Below are positions 10,512 through 21,678 of a DNA stretch of 64,000 nt, piece after piece (position 1 is the stretch's first letter; each line of letters opens with the position of its first letter). A program made the translations under genes and the position numbers. Under the pieces are notes generated by a model. The model did not search any database and was not told the DNA's origin. It worked only from the letters and a program-made list of their open reading frames with translations. This stretch comes from an uncultured Planctomycetaceae bacterium (GTDB lineage Bacteria > Planctomycetota > Planctomycetia > Planctomycetales > Planctomycetaceae): positions 1 to 64,000 of the forward strand of contig CAXBME010000035.1 of NCBI GenBank assembly GCA_963976765.1. The letters are read 5' to 3'.

Positions 10512-11840
10512 CTATTCGCCGATGCCGAGTTTTCGTTCGACGGCCTTGTCGAGTGTCTCGCGTACCAGTTCGACAGGAATCCGATCGGTCACGATCTGGA
10601 AGAATCCCTGCACAATCATGTGCATCGCTTCGTATTCGGTCAGGCCACGACACATCGCATAGAAAACCTGTTCGACATCGACGCGTCCGGCGGTTGCGCC
10701 GTGAGTACATCGCACGTCGTCGGCTTCGATCTCCAAGCCGGGAATCGCATCGCAACGAGCCGTCGAGGACAGCAGCAACGAATCGTTCCGCTGATAGCCG
10801 TCTGTCTGCTGGGCCTCTTTGTCAACTTTAATCATTCCTCGCCAGACACAGCGTGCCTTATCACGAAGAACATCTTTGTAGAGCAGGTCAGAACGAGTAT
10901 CCGGAGCGTGATGCGTCTGCTGCGTGTAGTAGCTGATCAGCTGTTTGTCAGTTGCGAAAGTCACGCCGTTGACCTGACCTTCAGCTCCGCGACCGTCGAG
11001 ATGGACGTCCTGATGAATGTGAGCCAGTTTGGATCCCAGCCCGCCGACCGTCCATTGCAGCGAACCGTTGCTCTCGACCCGGCCAGACTGATGGGCGAAG
11101 TGCCAGGTTTTGGGATTCCAGTTCTGAAGCTGAACATAACGCAGCCGCGCTTCCTTGCCGAGCAACAGCTCAACGGCTCCAACGTGCAGCCCTGCAGCGT
11201 CTTCGGTCGCTGACGATGTCTCTTCGAGCAGCGTCGCTTCGGCATTGTCTTCCAGAATGACGAGCGTGTGACCGAAGTCCGCCGCTCCGTCCTGTGCCAG
11301 TCCGATCAGACTGTAAAGTGGCTGATCGATGGTCACACCGCGAGGAACATAAAGTACAGTCCCCCCGGTCCAGAACGCCGCATGCCATGCCGAAAACCTG
11401 TCCGTACCGGCCTCGACGGCTCGTGTCGCAAAATGTGGTCGCAGCGTTTCACCGTGCTCTCGCAGCAGTGTTGCCAGATCACCGAACAGAATCCCGCGTG
11501 CTTTCAGATCCTCGGAGACCGTCTGGCTGACACAGTGCCCATCAACATGAACAACCGAACCGGCAAACGCGGCCCGATTCTGCATCAACGTTCCGACGTC
11601 GCTCGCTTCAGTCGTCGTCCCTTGCAACTGAAACTTGCCAGGACGAAACGCTCGCAGGTCAACACGTTTCCATTCTTCCTGATCCAGCGGCTCGGCCAGT
11701 TTTGCCTGGTAGATTTCGAAAGCGTCCCGACGAGCCTGCGTGACCCATTCGGGTTCATCGCGGGTCTGTAGAAACTCCTGGAAGACTTCCGGAGAAAATC
11801 CGGCAGCAAGAGACGACTCTGTTATCGATGCAGTGCTCAT
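10512..11840 (-). CDS. sufD: Fe-S cluster assembly protein SufD
   Basis: SufBD beta-helix motifs, PGLEIEADDVRCTHGAT, FYAMCRGL; follows sufB; start ATG 11840. Confidence 0.93.
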   Translation of the reverse strand: MSTASITESSLAAGFSPEVFQEFLQTRDEPEWVTQARRDAFEIYQAKLAEPLDQEEWKRVDLRAFRPGKFQLQGTTTEASDVGTLMQNRAAFAGSVVHVDGHCVSQTVSEDLKARGILFGDLATLLREHGETLRPHFATRAVEAGTDRFSAWHAAFWTGGTVLYVPRGVTIDQPLYSLIGLAQDGAADFGHTLVILEDNAEATLLEETSSATEDAAGLHVGAVELLLGKEARLRYVQLQNWNPKTWHFAHQSGRVESNGSLQWTVGGLGSKLAHIHQDVHLDGRGAEGQVNGVTFATDKQLISYYTQQTHHAPDTRSDLLYKDVLRDKARCVWRGMIKVDKEAQQTDGYQRNDSLLLSSTARCDAIPGLEIEADDVRCTHGATAGRVDVEQVFYAMCRGLTEYEAMHMIVQGFFQIVTDRIPVELVRETLDKAVERKLGIGE

Positions 11841-11908
11841 ATCAGTGATTGCAATCTCGAAAAGGCGAAGTTGCAGCGACGGGATTCCGATCCACACACC
11901 AGAGCGGA

Positions 11909-13324
11909 TCAGCCGACGCTGCCTTCCATCTGCAGTTCGATCAGTTTGTTCATTTCGACGGCGTACTCCATCGGCAGCTCTTTGACGAGCGGTTCGATGA
12001 AGCCGGTTACGATCATCGCTGACGCTTCGGTTTCCGTCAGGCCACGACTCATCAGGTAGAAGAGCTGCTCTTCGGCGATCTTCGACACACTGGCTTCGTG
12101 CTCGATGGTGACATCGTCTTCTTCAACCTCGATGTACGGATATGTGTCGCTGCGGCTTTCCGGATCGAGAATCAACGCGTCACAGATGACATTGGTTTTG
12201 CAGTTAGTCGCCCCTTTGACGACTTTCGCCAGTCCGCGGTAACTCGAACGTCCGCCGCCCTTGGAAATACTCTTCGAGATCACGCGGCTCGACGTGTTGG
12301 GAGCACAGTGAACCATCTTGGCTCCTGCATCCTGATGCTGTCCCTTGTTCGCGAAAGCGATCGACAATGTTTCGCCGCGAGCCCCCGGTTCCATCAGATA
12401 AATGGCCGGGTACTTCATCGTGATCTTCGAGCCGAGGTTTCCATCGACCCACTCCATCAGCGAGTCGCCGTACGCCATCGCTCGTTTGGTCACAAGGTTG
12501 TAGACGTTGTTGGCCCAGTTCTGAATCGTCGTGTAGCGGAATCGTCCACCACGTTTGACGACGATTTCCACGACGGCCGAGTGAAGACTTTCAGCACTCC
12601 AGGTCGGAGCAGTACAGCCTTCGACATAGTGCGCCGATGCACCTTCGTCGACGATAATCAGAGTTCGCTCGAACTGACCCATGTTTTCCGAGTTGATCCG
12701 GAAATAAGCCTGCAAAGGAAACTCAATATGCACTCCAGGCGGCACATAGATGAAGGAGCCACCTGACCAGACTGCCGAGTTCAATGCCGCGAATTTGTTA
12801 TCTGCCGACGGGATAATCGTCCCAAAATACTCGCGGAAAATTTCCGGATGCTCGCGGAGTGCAGAGTCGGTATCAGTGAACAGGACGCCCTGTTTGGCGA
12901 GGTCTTCCTGGAGGCTTCCGTAGACGACTTCTGATTCGTACTGAGCCTTCACACCAGCCAGGTACTGCTTTTCCGCTTCCGGGATCCCGAGGCGGTCGTA
13001 GGTATTGCGGATTTCTTCCGGAACATCATCCCAACTCTTCTCCTGCCGATCAGAAGCCTTCATGTAGTAAAAAATGTTCTGAAAATCGATCTGATCCAGA
13101 TCGCCCCCCCACTGCGGCATCGGTCGAGCGAAGAAAATGTCCAGCGCCTTCAGACGGAAGTCCAGCATCCATTGCGGCTCGTTCTTCATCGCCGAAATCT
13201 GGCGGACAATATCGTGGTCAAGGCCCTTCCGGCTTTTGAACGTGTAGTTGTCCGTCGAATCGTGGAACCCGTACTGGTAATCACCAATCGACGGTTCAGC
13301 TTTTGATGGAGTGTCTGTCGACAT
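11909..13324 (-). CDS. sufB: Fe-S cluster assembly protein SufB
   Basis: [53 protein letters not shown]. Confidence 0.97.
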   Translation of the reverse strand: MSTDTPSKAEPSIGDYQYGFHDSTDNYTFKSRKGLDHDIVRQISAMKNEPQWMLDFRLKALDIFFARPMPQWGGDLDQIDFQNIFYYMKASDRQEKSWDDVPEEIRNTYDRLGIPEAEKQYLAGVKAQYESEVVYGSLQEDLAKQGVLFTDTDSALREHPEIFREYFGTIIPSADNKFAALNSAVWSGGSFIYVPPGVHIEFPLQAYFRINSENMGQFERTLIIVDEGASAHYVEGCTAPTWSAESLHSAVVEIVVKRGGRFRYTTIQNWANNVYNLVTKRAMAYGDSLMEWVDGNLGSKITMKYPAIYLMEPGARGETLSIAFANKGQHQDAGAKMVHCAPNTSSRVISKSISKGGGRSSYRGLAKVVKGATNCKTNVICDALILDPESRSDTYPYIEVEEDDVTIEHEASVSKIAEEQLFYLMSRGLTETEASAMIVTGFIEPLVKELPMEYAVEMNKLIELQMEGSVG

Positions 13325-13418
13325 TATCTGTCTCCTTTTAGGAGCGTGCGATCAGGTTCGGCCTGACCCGCTTTTAATTGACCGCGATTTTCAAAACCGA
13401 CGGGGTGGTTTGACGACG

Positions 13419-14234
13419 TTAGACGCCAGCAAGCGACTCTTGCTGTTCAGATGACTGTTCCGCCGCTTCTTCCGGATGTCTCTCCCGAATCGTCGCATAG
13501 CCGTTGGCGTGAAGTTCCGCCGCCAGGCTGGCATCACCGGTTTCCACGATCTTGCCAGCCAGCATGACGTGCGTGAACTGAGGTTTGTTGAATTCAAGCA
13601 GCCGTTCATGGTGAGTAATAATCAGCACGCCCATTTCCGGACCAGAAAGGCGATTGACGCCTTCGCTGACGACCTTAACCGCGTCACTGTCGAGGCCGCT
13701 GTCTGTTTCGTCGAGGATCGCAAACTTCGGCTGCAGCATGGCCATTTGCAGAATTTCCATCCGTTTCTTCTCACCGCCGGAGAATCCGTCGTTGAGGTAT
13801 CGGCGGGCGAATTCCGTATCCATGCCGAGCTCTTCCATGCGTGTCTTGAGTTCCTTACGGAAGTCACGCATCGGCATCAGGTTTTCCCCTTCCTTCCGTT
13901 CCGGATCCCGACGGTTGGTCACGGCGTGACGCAGAAAATCGGCGACTCGAACACCAGGAATCGTCACCGGATACTGAAACGCGAGGAACATTCCCAGACG
14001 TGCTCGTTCGTTGGCATCAAGCTCCGTGACGTTCGTCCCGTCAATCTCGATCGAACCGCCGGTGATCTCGTATTTTGGGTGCCCGGCCAGAGCATAAGCC
14101 AGCGTGCTTTTGCCCGAACCGTTCGGCCCCATCAGAGCATGAATCTCGCCCGCTTTGATCTCCAGGTTGACGCCCTTGAGGATGGGCTTGTCTTCAACCG
14201 AGACTTGCAGATCAGTAATCGTAAGTGTCGCCAT
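13419..14234 (-). CDS. sufC: Fe-S cluster assembly ATPase SufC
   Basis: GPNGSGKST, FLAFQYP, GFSGGEKKR, ILDETDSGLD. Confidence 0.97.
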   Translation of the reverse strand: MATLTITDLQVSVEDKPILKGVNLEIKAGEIHALMGPNGSGKSTLAYALAGHPKYEITGGSIEIDGTNVTELDANERARLGMFLAFQYPVTIPGVRVADFLRHAVTNRRDPERKEGENLMPMRDFRKELKTRMEELGMDTEFARRYLNDGFSGGEKKRMEILQMAMLQPKFAILDETDSGLDSDAVKVVSEGVNRLSGPEMGVLIITHHERLLEFNKPQFTHVMLAGKIVETGDASLAAELHANGYATIRERHPEEAAEQSSEQQESLAGV

Positions 14235-14520
14235 GCCGTGTCACTGCCTGTTTTCTCTGGAACCTGATCGAACTCTGCAGAAACCGTCGCGACAATTGCG
14301 GGGCCTCAGCGCCAAATTCAAATCCGCGTCCCGGTACAAGAAGTTCGGCGTCCGTCTTCCGTGACAAGTCGCCGCAAGGTGGGAAAGTCTTCTGGTAGTC
14401 GGTCGTTCCGGGCTTCAAGTTGTCTCAACGGTCTTCCTGAAAGTTGAGTCGAAGTCCCGTCTTTACTTTTAAATCTAAATCAGCTTCCACATTGAAACCT
14501 GTTCGACGTTGAAACTTAAC

Positions 14521-15081
14521 TTAGACATCGAGTGCTGCCGGTACTTCAGGAATAGCAACCACGCCCTGCTGCAACGGGACGGGCACCGTCGTTGCCACAC
14601 CTTTGCCCAGCTTGCGAGCTTTGATCTTGTCCTGAATTCTCATGATGCCCTCCAGGAGTGCTTCCGGTCGTGGAGGACACCCTGGAACATAAACGTCGAC
14701 GGGCACGACCAGGTCGACCCCCTTCACGACGTGATAACCATGTTTAAAGTAAGGGCCCCCACCGACGGTGCAGGCTCCCATCGCGATGACATATTTCGGG
14801 TCAGGCATCTGTTCGTAGAGCCGGCGAACCCGGCTGGCCATTTTGAAAGTCACCGTACCGGCAACAATCATCAGGTCTGCCTGACGTGGGCTGGCTCGAA
14901 ACGCCCCGGCACCGAATCGGTCCAGGTCGTAACGGCTGGCACCGGTCGCCATCATCTCAATCGCACAGCACGCCAGACCGAAAGTCATCGGCCAGACGCT
15001 GGACTCCTTCGCCCAGTTCATGCCCTGTTCAAGAGTCGACAGCACAACGTTTTCTTCGAATCGTCCTTCAATCCACGTCAT
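14521..15081 (-). CDS. nuoB: NADH-quinone oxidoreductase subunit B
   Basis: [50 protein letters not shown]; start ATG 15081. Confidence 0.95.
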   Translation of the reverse strand: MTWIEGRFEENVVLSTLEQGMNWAKESSVWPMTFGLACCAIEMMATGASRYDLDRFGAGAFRASPRQADLMIVAGTVTFKMASRVRRLYEQMPDPKYVIAMGACTVGGGPYFKHGYHVVKGVDLVVPVDVYVPGCPPRPEALLEGIMRIQDKIKARKLGKGVATTVPVPLQQGVVAIPEVPAALDV

Positions 15082-15355
15082 GTCTTCTCGCCTGTCCCTG
15101 AGTTTCCTTGAACATTCAGTTGGGTCTCGGTCCTGCAAACCAGCATCCTGCGACCGCTCAACCGTTGTCGAAACCGATGTTCTTTCTCTTGTTACCAGAA
15201 GCCTGCCCCACCAGCAGGCAGTCACGGGCGGAAACGATAACGCCCGCAACGAGCCTTTCAACCGCTATGGCAGTCTGGATTTAACTCATTCCCTGTCTTG
15301 AAAATACGTTCTCAGAATTCTCTGCCTGGTGATGACGACCAGGCTGGACTCAACG

Positions 15356-15997
15356 TCAAGTGCCAGATTCGCCGCGTGCCAACTCTTTGACGTGAAACTC
15401 GCAGCTCGAGTGACCGTCAAGACAACACTGAGTCAGCGACACGTCCGCATTAAGAATTCGGCTGTAGACGTCTGCTTCCATTTCGCAGATAGAGGGGTCA
15501 ATCGATGCTAAATCCTGATACGGACAACTGTTTTCTCTCAGGACCGGCAACTCTCCGTCGCCGATTTCAACGTCATAGCCGTTACTCGCCAGCTCCCGCT
15601 GAAGCTGAACCATCCGGTCTCGAATCGGACCTTCCTGCGAAACCCGACCGTAACGGCGTACAAACTCGTCCTGAACATTACACAGAACTGCACTTCTGGC
15701 CGCTTCGTCTTCGATCCGATGGATCGCCCGCCATAAAATCAAAGCCAGATCGCGATAGTTCTCCCCGAGATGTCGCAGCCCTTCATCACTGACTCGAAAG
15801 ACGTGATGAGGTCGACCACGGCCAGCTCGAACGACTTCGTGAATCACCAGCCCCTGAGCTTCCAGCCGCCCCAGCCGCTGTCGAACTGCCGTCGCCGTGA
15901 CTCCGGCAGCTTCGCAGATCTCCTGAATCGTCCCTCCACACATACGGTGAAGTTGTTCAAGAAAGTTCTGATCATTTGGGTCGATCGCGACTCGCAT
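15356..15997 (-). CDS. sufR: SufR-like Fe-S-sensing transcriptional regulator
   Basis: wHTH (VTATAVRQRLGRL…GRGRP) plus C-terminal Cys cluster (NSCPY…ICEME…CCLDGHSSCEF); heads the suf locus. Confidence 0.82.
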   Translation of the reverse strand: MRVAIDPNDQNFLEQLHRMCGGTIQEICEAAGVTATAVRQRLGRLEAQGLVIHEVVRAGRGRPHHVFRVSDEGLRHLGENYRDLALILWRAIHRIEDEAARSAVLCNVQDEFVRRYGRVSQEGPIRDRMVQLQRELASNGYDVEIGDGELPVLRENSCPYQDLASIDPSICEMEADVYSRILNADVSLTQCCLDGHSSCEFHVKELARGESGT

Positions 15998-16321
15998 GCG
16001 AACATTTCCGAAAACAAGACAGGAGTTGAAAACCGGGAAACCTCTGATCCAGGACAGATAGTAGGAGCCGTCGACATTATTCACAACCAAAACTGATTAA
16101 ATTGCGAAAAATAAGAATCGTCCAGCATACACGACGAGAAAGAGAGTCACCAATTTCGCAGAACAAGCACGGACGGCTTCAGGAAATATGCACCAAATCC
16201 ACGTGAATCAGTGCCTAATTAATGCCCGATTTACCTGAACATTGAGCAGTCTCTGTGTCAGAGATTTCGCGACTTTCCTCATTCCAACCTTTCCCGAAAA
16301 TTATCGCGCCGGACAGCATAT

Positions 16322-16762
16322 TCATCCCTGAGTTGGCTCGCTCGTAGTAATGAAGAGCGCTTTTTTCTCACCAGGCAGCGTGAAATCGAAACCGCAACTG
16401 CGAAAGAAGACTTCCGACGAGGTGATCGCCATGACTTCCAGAATGTCGCGTTTTCGGGCGCGATCGACGCACTGTTCGACCAGAGCCCGACCAACCCCTT
16501 TCCCCTGAAACTCGGGAGCGACAGCGAGGCTACGGACTTCCGCCAGTTTCCGCGAGTAGATCTCCAGAGCTGCGAAGCCGATCAGTCGCTCGTTAATTTC
16601 GGCAACGAAGCCGTTGTAGACAAGTTCTTCAAGTTCTTCCGTCGTGCGAGGCAGCAACTTGCCTTCGTCCACGAACGGCTGAATGAAATCAGCCAGACCG
16701 GCCAGGTCTTCGCGTTTAACCGGGCGGACTTCAACTGACGCAGGCAACGGAATTTCAGACAT
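16322..16762 (-). CDS. GNAT N-acetyltransferase (short ArgA-like)
   Basis: LLPR, AEVRSLAV, acetyl-CoA motif QGKGVG, FFRSCGF. Confidence 0.85.
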   Translation of the reverse strand: MSEIPLPASVEVRPVKREDLAGLADFIQPFVDEGKLLPRTTEELEELVYNGFVAEINERLIGFAALEIYSRKLAEVRSLAVAPEFQGKGVGRALVEQCVDRARKRDILEVMAITSSEVFFRSCGFDFTLPGEKKALFITTSEPTQG

Positions 16763-16891
16763 GGGTCAAAACACCAAAGTCTTTTCACGGAACTGACAAC
16801 ATCGCCGGAAGTCGATGGCTCGCTGGCCGACCGACCCGCTGACAGCCATCATACCGAGCCACATTCTGTGTGCTATCCCCGTGGGTCGATA

Positions 16892-18559
16892 ATGACAAAC
16901 TCCCGACCGCCAGCCCTTCCGCAACCGGCAACTTTTCCCGCATCGGCAGATTCCACCTTCGATTTCATCGTGATCGGAAGCGGTTTCGCCGGCAGCCTGA
17001 TCGCGACGATCCTCCAGACGCAGGGCCGACGAGTCGCGATTGTCGACCGTTCCAGCCACCCAAGATTCGCCATCGGAGAATCGTCGACTCCCGCCGCGAG
17101 TCTGATTCTGTCGAGCCTCGCCGACCAGTACGATCTTTCCTGGCTGAAGCCTTTCGCGAAGTACGGCGTCTGGAAATCTGCCTACCCCGAAATCACGACC
17201 GGCCGCAAACGAGGCTTCAGCTACTTTCACCATGAAGCCGGCATACCGTTTCAACCAAAACCAAACCACTCCAACGAACTACTTGCTGCCGCCAGTTCGA
17301 GCGACCAGCTTTCTGATACTCAGTGGCTGCGTTCCGACGTCGACGACTTTTTCTTTAAGAAAGCCTGCGAGTCCGGCGTCGCTCCGTTCGAGAATTCAGA
17401 AATCGGCACGTTGCACCGCCGCGAAAACGGCTGGCTCGTTGACCTTATTAAGTCGCCTCAACATCCAGGATCTGCCCCTCGAACTCTGGCTGCAGATTTT
17501 TTGATCGACGCCAGCGGGTCTGGACAGGTCCTCGGGCAGCACCTCGACATCGAAGATCAAGCCGACCGACTGGATACGAACTCGCACGCGATCTTCGCTC
17601 ACGTCACCGGTCTGCCCGAATGGCACGACACCCTTGAGCAGGCCGCTCCGGGTTCAACGACCGATCACCCCTTTCATTGCGACCACGCCGCGCAGCACCA
17701 CATTCTCGACGAAGGCTGGATGTGGTGGCTGCGTTTCGATTCGAACGTCACCAGCGTCGGCGTTGTTATGGACGATCGAGCGAATGAATCACCAGCATCA
17801 AAAACTGCCGAGGCCGAGTTTCGCGAGATCATCAGCCGGTACCCGAAGCTGAAAACAGTCTTCGCAACGGCCAGCTTCTCGAATGCTTCCTGGATGCCGA
17901 TCCGCACGAAGCGACTGCAACGACTCGCCGGACAGATCACGGGAATCAACTGGGCGATGCTGCCGCACACCGCTGGCTTCATCGACCCGCTGCACAGTAC
18001 GGGAATCGCTCAATCGCTTTCAGGAGTTGAACGACTTGCTGAAGTCCTGCTCGCTCAAAAACGACAGCCAACTGACAATTCTGCCGATCATTCGCTTTTG
18101 CGTTTCCGCTCGCTGGGGCATTACGGATCGATCGTGCGGGACGAGCTGACGTTGATCGACCAGCTGGTCGCCGGCTGCTACGACGCCATTGCCCAAGGCA
18201 GCTTCAGAAAATTTGCCGCTTTCACCATGTGCTACTTCGCCGCCGCGACGACCTGGGAACGACGCCGTCTGAGCGACAAAGGCCATCCGGTCCCCGAGAT
18301 TGCCAGTAGCCCGACTGTCCACCGCCCTGCCCTGCTCTGTGCGGATGTCGCGGAGTTTCGAGCCGCCGTCTACAACCTGCGCGGTCAAATGCCGGACGAG
18401 ACGGACGAGTCTTTTGAAACGCTCTGCAAAGAAACTCTCGCCCCCTTCAATCATGTCGGCCTGTTTGAACCGCATATCCCCAATATGTACGGTGCAACCG
18501 CGCTACCGGAAGACGGGGAACATCGACCAGCCAACACCGAACGCCCAACATCGAAGTAA
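16892..18559 (+). CDS. Flavin-dependent halogenase-family oxidoreductase (PrnC-like)
   Basis: GSGFAG FAD motif, RFAIGESSTP, GRKRGFSY, GWMWWLR (WxWxIP-like), FIDPLHSTG. Confidence 0.8.
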   Translation: MTNSRPPALPQPATFPASADSTFDFIVIGSGFAGSLIATILQTQGRRVAIVDRSSHPRFAIGESSTPAASLILSSLADQYDLSWLKPFAKYGVWKSAYPEITTGRKRGFSYFHHEAGIPFQPKPNHSNELLAAASSSDQLSDTQWLRSDVDDFFFKKACESGVAPFENSEIGTLHRRENGWLVDLIKSPQHPGSAPRTLAADFLIDASGSGQVLGQHLDIEDQADRLDTNSHAIFAHVTGLPEWHDTLEQAAPGSTTDHPFHCDHAAQHHILDEGWMWWLRFDSNVTSVGVVMDDRANESPASKTAEAEFREIISRYPKLKTVFATASFSNASWMPIRTKRLQRLAGQITGINWAMLPHTAGFIDPLHSTGIAQSLSGVERLAEVLLAQKRQPTDNSADHSLLRFRSLGHYGSIVRDELTLIDQLVAGCYDAIAQGSFRKFAAFTMCYFAAATTWERRRLSDKGHPVPEIASSPTVHRPALLCADVAEFRAAVYNLRGQMPDETDESFETLCKETLAPFNHVGLFEPHIPNMYGATALPEDGEHRPANTERPTSK

Positions 18560-18602
18560 AGAATCGTTCGATGTTCACTTTTACTTTCCACGGAGCATCC
18601 TC

Positions 18603-19385
18603 ATGAGCGTACTCGACCGATTTCGACTCGATGGCAAACGACTCTTCATCACCGGCGGCAGCCGAGGTCTCGGCCGCGAGATGGCGCTCGCCATCGCGGA
18701 CGTCGGTGCCGACTGCATTCTCGTTGGTCGAGACGAAGAAAGCCTCAACAAAACCGCCGACGACATTCGAGCGTTCGGCCGTGAAGTCGTCGCCCTTGTC
18801 GGTGACATCGGAAACCCGACTGACTGCGAGCGCGTCTGCAACGAAGTCATCGCCAATCACGGCCCGATCGATATTCTCATCAACAACGTCGGTGGCCGCC
18901 GCAAAGACATCCCGACGACGGACATGGCACTCGAGACCTGGCAGGAACTTCTGGACCTCAACCTGACCAGCGTCTTCATCTGCACGAAGCTGATCGGCAA
19001 GTCGATGATCGACCGAGGCAAGGGTGGGCGCATCATCAACATTTCATCGATCAACAGCATGGTCGCGACGAAGGGAATCGGTGGCCGCAGCTACGAAACA
19101 TCGAAGGCGGCGATCAACCAGTTCACCAAAGCCTGCGCTGTCGACTGGGCCGAGCACGGTATCACGGTCAACGCGATCTGCCCCGGCGGATTCATGACCG
19201 AGCCCAACATTCGATGGTCGAAAGAAAACCCGGAACTCATCAAACGTTTCCGCTCACAAATCCCGATGGGCGACCACGGCCAACCCGAAGACCTCGGCCC
19301 GCTGGCGGTCTACCTGGCCAGCGATGCCGCCCGTTACGTCACCGGAGCCACGATGGTCATCGACGGTGGCTACACGCTGGTCTGA
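18603..19385 (+). CDS. SDR oxidoreductase (gluconate 5-dehydrogenase-like)
   Basis: TGGSRGLG, INNVG, YETSK; GGAG RBS before ATG 18603. Confidence 0.9.
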   Translation: MSVLDRFRLDGKRLFITGGSRGLGREMALAIADVGADCILVGRDEESLNKTADDIRAFGREVVALVGDIGNPTDCERVCNEVIANHGPIDILINNVGGRRKDIPTTDMALETWQELLDLNLTSVFICTKLIGKSMIDRGKGGRIINISSINSMVATKGIGGRSYETSKAAINQFTKACAVDWAEHGITVNAICPGGFMTEPNIRWSKENPELIKRFRSQIPMGDHGQPEDLGPLAVYLASDAARYVTGATMVIDGGYTLV

Positions 19386-19567
19386 CCGGCAACATCGACA
19401 TCGAATTTTTGATAGCCGGCCTTCCGTCGGATTGAACGCTGCGCAGAATGCGACCGTCGAACAGACTCAAGCACTGAACAAGTTCTGAGCCTCAGTAGCT
19501 ACCGGAGACAGATTGCAGCTCTTCCTAAGAAGCCAAAGAGTAACCCGGAACTGCTCACTCAGACGTT

Positions 19568-20020
19568 TCAAACGGTCGGAAGGATGACTCCGGCGTGCCA
19601 GTATTGCTTCAGCTCTTTGACCAGGAACAGAAATTTCTTCAAATCGACGGGCTTGTTCATGTAGCCTTCGACGCTGAGTTGCTCGCTCTCCTGAAAGTCT
19701 TCGTACGATGACTGAGAACCGGTGAGCACGACGACAGGAATTTCTTTCAGTTCGTCGTTGGCTTTGATATCGGCCAGAATTTCCCGCCCGTCTATTCCTG
19801 GCAGGCCAAGATCCAGCAGAATCAGGTCGGGCCGTGGGGCTCGGCTGAATCTCTTACGCTGGTAGATAAAGTCCAGCGCGTCGTTTCCGTCGGTCAGCCA
19901 GGTCATGCGATGCTGAACTTTGCCTTTACGAAGAGCGCCGATCGTGATGCGGGCTGAGACGAGACTGTCCTCAACCAGAAGCACTTCCATCGGCCTCCCG
20001 ACTGCTTCCAGAACTGACAT
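19568..20020 (-). CDS. Single-domain response regulator (Rcp1-like)
   Basis: LLVEDS, PDLILLDLGLP, IPVVVLT, YMNKPVD, YW. Confidence 0.9.
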   Translation of the reverse strand: MSVLEAVGRPMEVLLVEDSLVSARITIGALRKGKVQHRMTWLTDGNDALDFIYQRKRFSRAPRPDLILLDLGLPGIDGREILADIKANDELKEIPVVVLTGSQSSYEDFQESEQLSVEGYMNKPVDLKKFLFLVKELKQYWHAGVILPTV

Positions 20021-20052
20021 TTCCGAATCCTTTTAACTGGAAACTGGAGCGC

Positions 20053-21678
20053 TTACTCGGGCAAGGCTGTTGTCTCGCCCGGTGTTGTTTCTGCTGGTGC
20101 TGCCGAGCCGTCAATCTGCTCTTTCAACGTCGGGTACGCCCAATTCACGATTCCGTAGTAGATCCCGAAAATCACAGCGGCAATCACGGCCAGGTAGATG
20201 ATCAGCCCGAATCCTCCGAGTACGTTCTCAGTGATCCCTTTGAACCATCGCCAGCGATTGTGCCGCTTCTGTTCTTTTTCCAGCTTCGCGTACTGCTCCT
20301 TCAGGTTGTCGCCACGAACGTCCTGCTGAGTCTTCGCCAGCCGCTTCTTCATCAGATCCTGAAACTCGTCATGCGCCGCGAGTGGCATGAAGCCACCAGG
20401 AGTGCCCTTCTTTTGTGCCTGAGCCTTCACGTCAAGCACCTCGGCCAGAATTCCCTGTTGAACCTGCCGTGTGTTCATTTCTTTGACCTGCGACTCGCCT
20501 TTTGCATTCACGTAGCGAACGTACCAGATGGTTGTATCTTTCGCCGCCGCTGCTGCTGCGCGTTGAGTCGCATCTTCGGCGGATGTTCGAAACTGAGGAA
20601 GCGAGACGCCGCTTGTTGATCCACTATCAGAACCGACGGTCGAACGTTGTCGGCCTCGAGATGAGCGTGTCGCTGTGGAGCTGCCGGTGTCGCCGATGAA
20701 ACTTAAGATTTCGCTCTCAAGTCCGAGCTGATCGAGGTCGTTGATGATTTCTGCACAACTCGAGTATCGATGCTTCGGCTCTTTCTGAATCATCCTGTCG
20801 ATCATCAGACTGAGCTTCTCAGGAATTTTCGAATTCAAACTCCTTGCAGCGGGATACTGTCCTTTTTCCTTGGCGACGATCAGCTTCAGAACCGAGTCAC
20901 CTTCGAAAGGTAGCTTTCCCGTCAGGAAGTAGTAGAAGGTGCATCCGAGCGCGTAAATGTCGGTGCGGTGGTCGACATTTTTGGCGTCGCGAGCCTGTTC
21001 GGGCGGCATGTACAGCGGCGTTCCCAGACCGGTCCCGCTTTGCGTCATCGACATGTCTTCGTCGTCGAGAGCCTTGGCCAGCCCGAAGTCCGCAACTTTA
21101 ACCACACCCTTTTTCGTGACGAGAATGTTGTCCGGCTTGATGTCTCGATGGACGAGATTCAACTCGTGAGCGTGGTTCAGCGCATCGGCACAGGAGAGAA
21201 TTACGTTAATGGCATCGCCGACTTCGAGTGTGCCAATCTGGTCGACCCAGTCCTGCATGCTCTGGCCATCGATGTATTCGATGCCGACGTAATGAAGTCC
21301 CTTGTCCGAGTCGGCGGCGTAGACCTTGACGGCATTGGGATGGTCGATCTTTGCCATCGAGCGTGCTTCACGCACGAATCGCTCGACGAATCCAGGCTTT
21401 TTCGCCATCTCCTTCGACAGAATCTTCAGAGCAACCTGTCGGTCAAGGCTGACCTGTTTCGCGAGGTAGACTTCGCCCATCCCCCCCTGGCCGAGCTTCT
21501 TCAGCAGCTTGAAGTCGCCAAGCTGGACCGTCTTTTTCTTCTTAGCCGGCCTGGCAGCATCTTTTGAAGGCGATCGTTTTTTAGTGCCGTCGGTTGTTGC
21601 GACGGGCTTGTCAGTTGGCTGGTCTGGCACAACGGTTTCGCCAGGATCGGGTTTGTTTTTTTGAGGTTTATCCGACAT
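20053..21678 (-). CDS. Membrane Ser/Thr protein kinase
   Basis: GQGGMGEV, VALK, HRDIKPDN, DFGLAK, GTPLYMPPEQ; C-terminal TM segment. An alternative GTG start lies at 21687. Confidence 0.95.
   Translation of the reverse strand: MSDKPQKNKPDPGETVVPDQPTDKPVATTDGTKKRSPSKDAARPAKKKKTVQLGDFKLLKKLGQGGMGEVYLAKQVSLDRQVALKILSKEMAKKPGFVERFVREARSMAKIDHPNAVKVYAADSDKGLHYVGIEYIDGQSMQDWVDQIGTLEVGDAINVILSCADALNHAHELNLVHRDIKPDNILVTKKGVVKVADFGLAKALDDEDMSMTQSGTGLGTPLYMPPEQARDAKNVDHRTDIYALGCTFYYFLTGKLPFEGDSVLKLIVAKEKGQYPAARSLNSKIPEKLSLMIDRMIQKEPKHRYSSCAEIINDLDQLGLESEILSFIGDTGSSTATRSSRGRQRSTVGSDSGSTSGVSLPQFRTSAEDATQRAAAAAAKDTTIWYVRYVNAKGESQVKEMNTRQVQQGILAEVLDVKAQAQKKGTPGGFMPLAAHDEFQDLMKKRLAKTQQDVRGDNLKEQYAKLEKEQKRHNRWRWFKGITENVLGGFGLIIYLAVIAAVIFGIYYGIVNWAYPTLKEQIDGSAAPAETTPGETTALPE

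Noticed and set aside
16080..16110. SufR operator (TTCACAA…TTGCGAA imperfect inverted repeat)
   Set aside because: Short and imperfect, and no matching second site was found upstream of nuoB or sufC.
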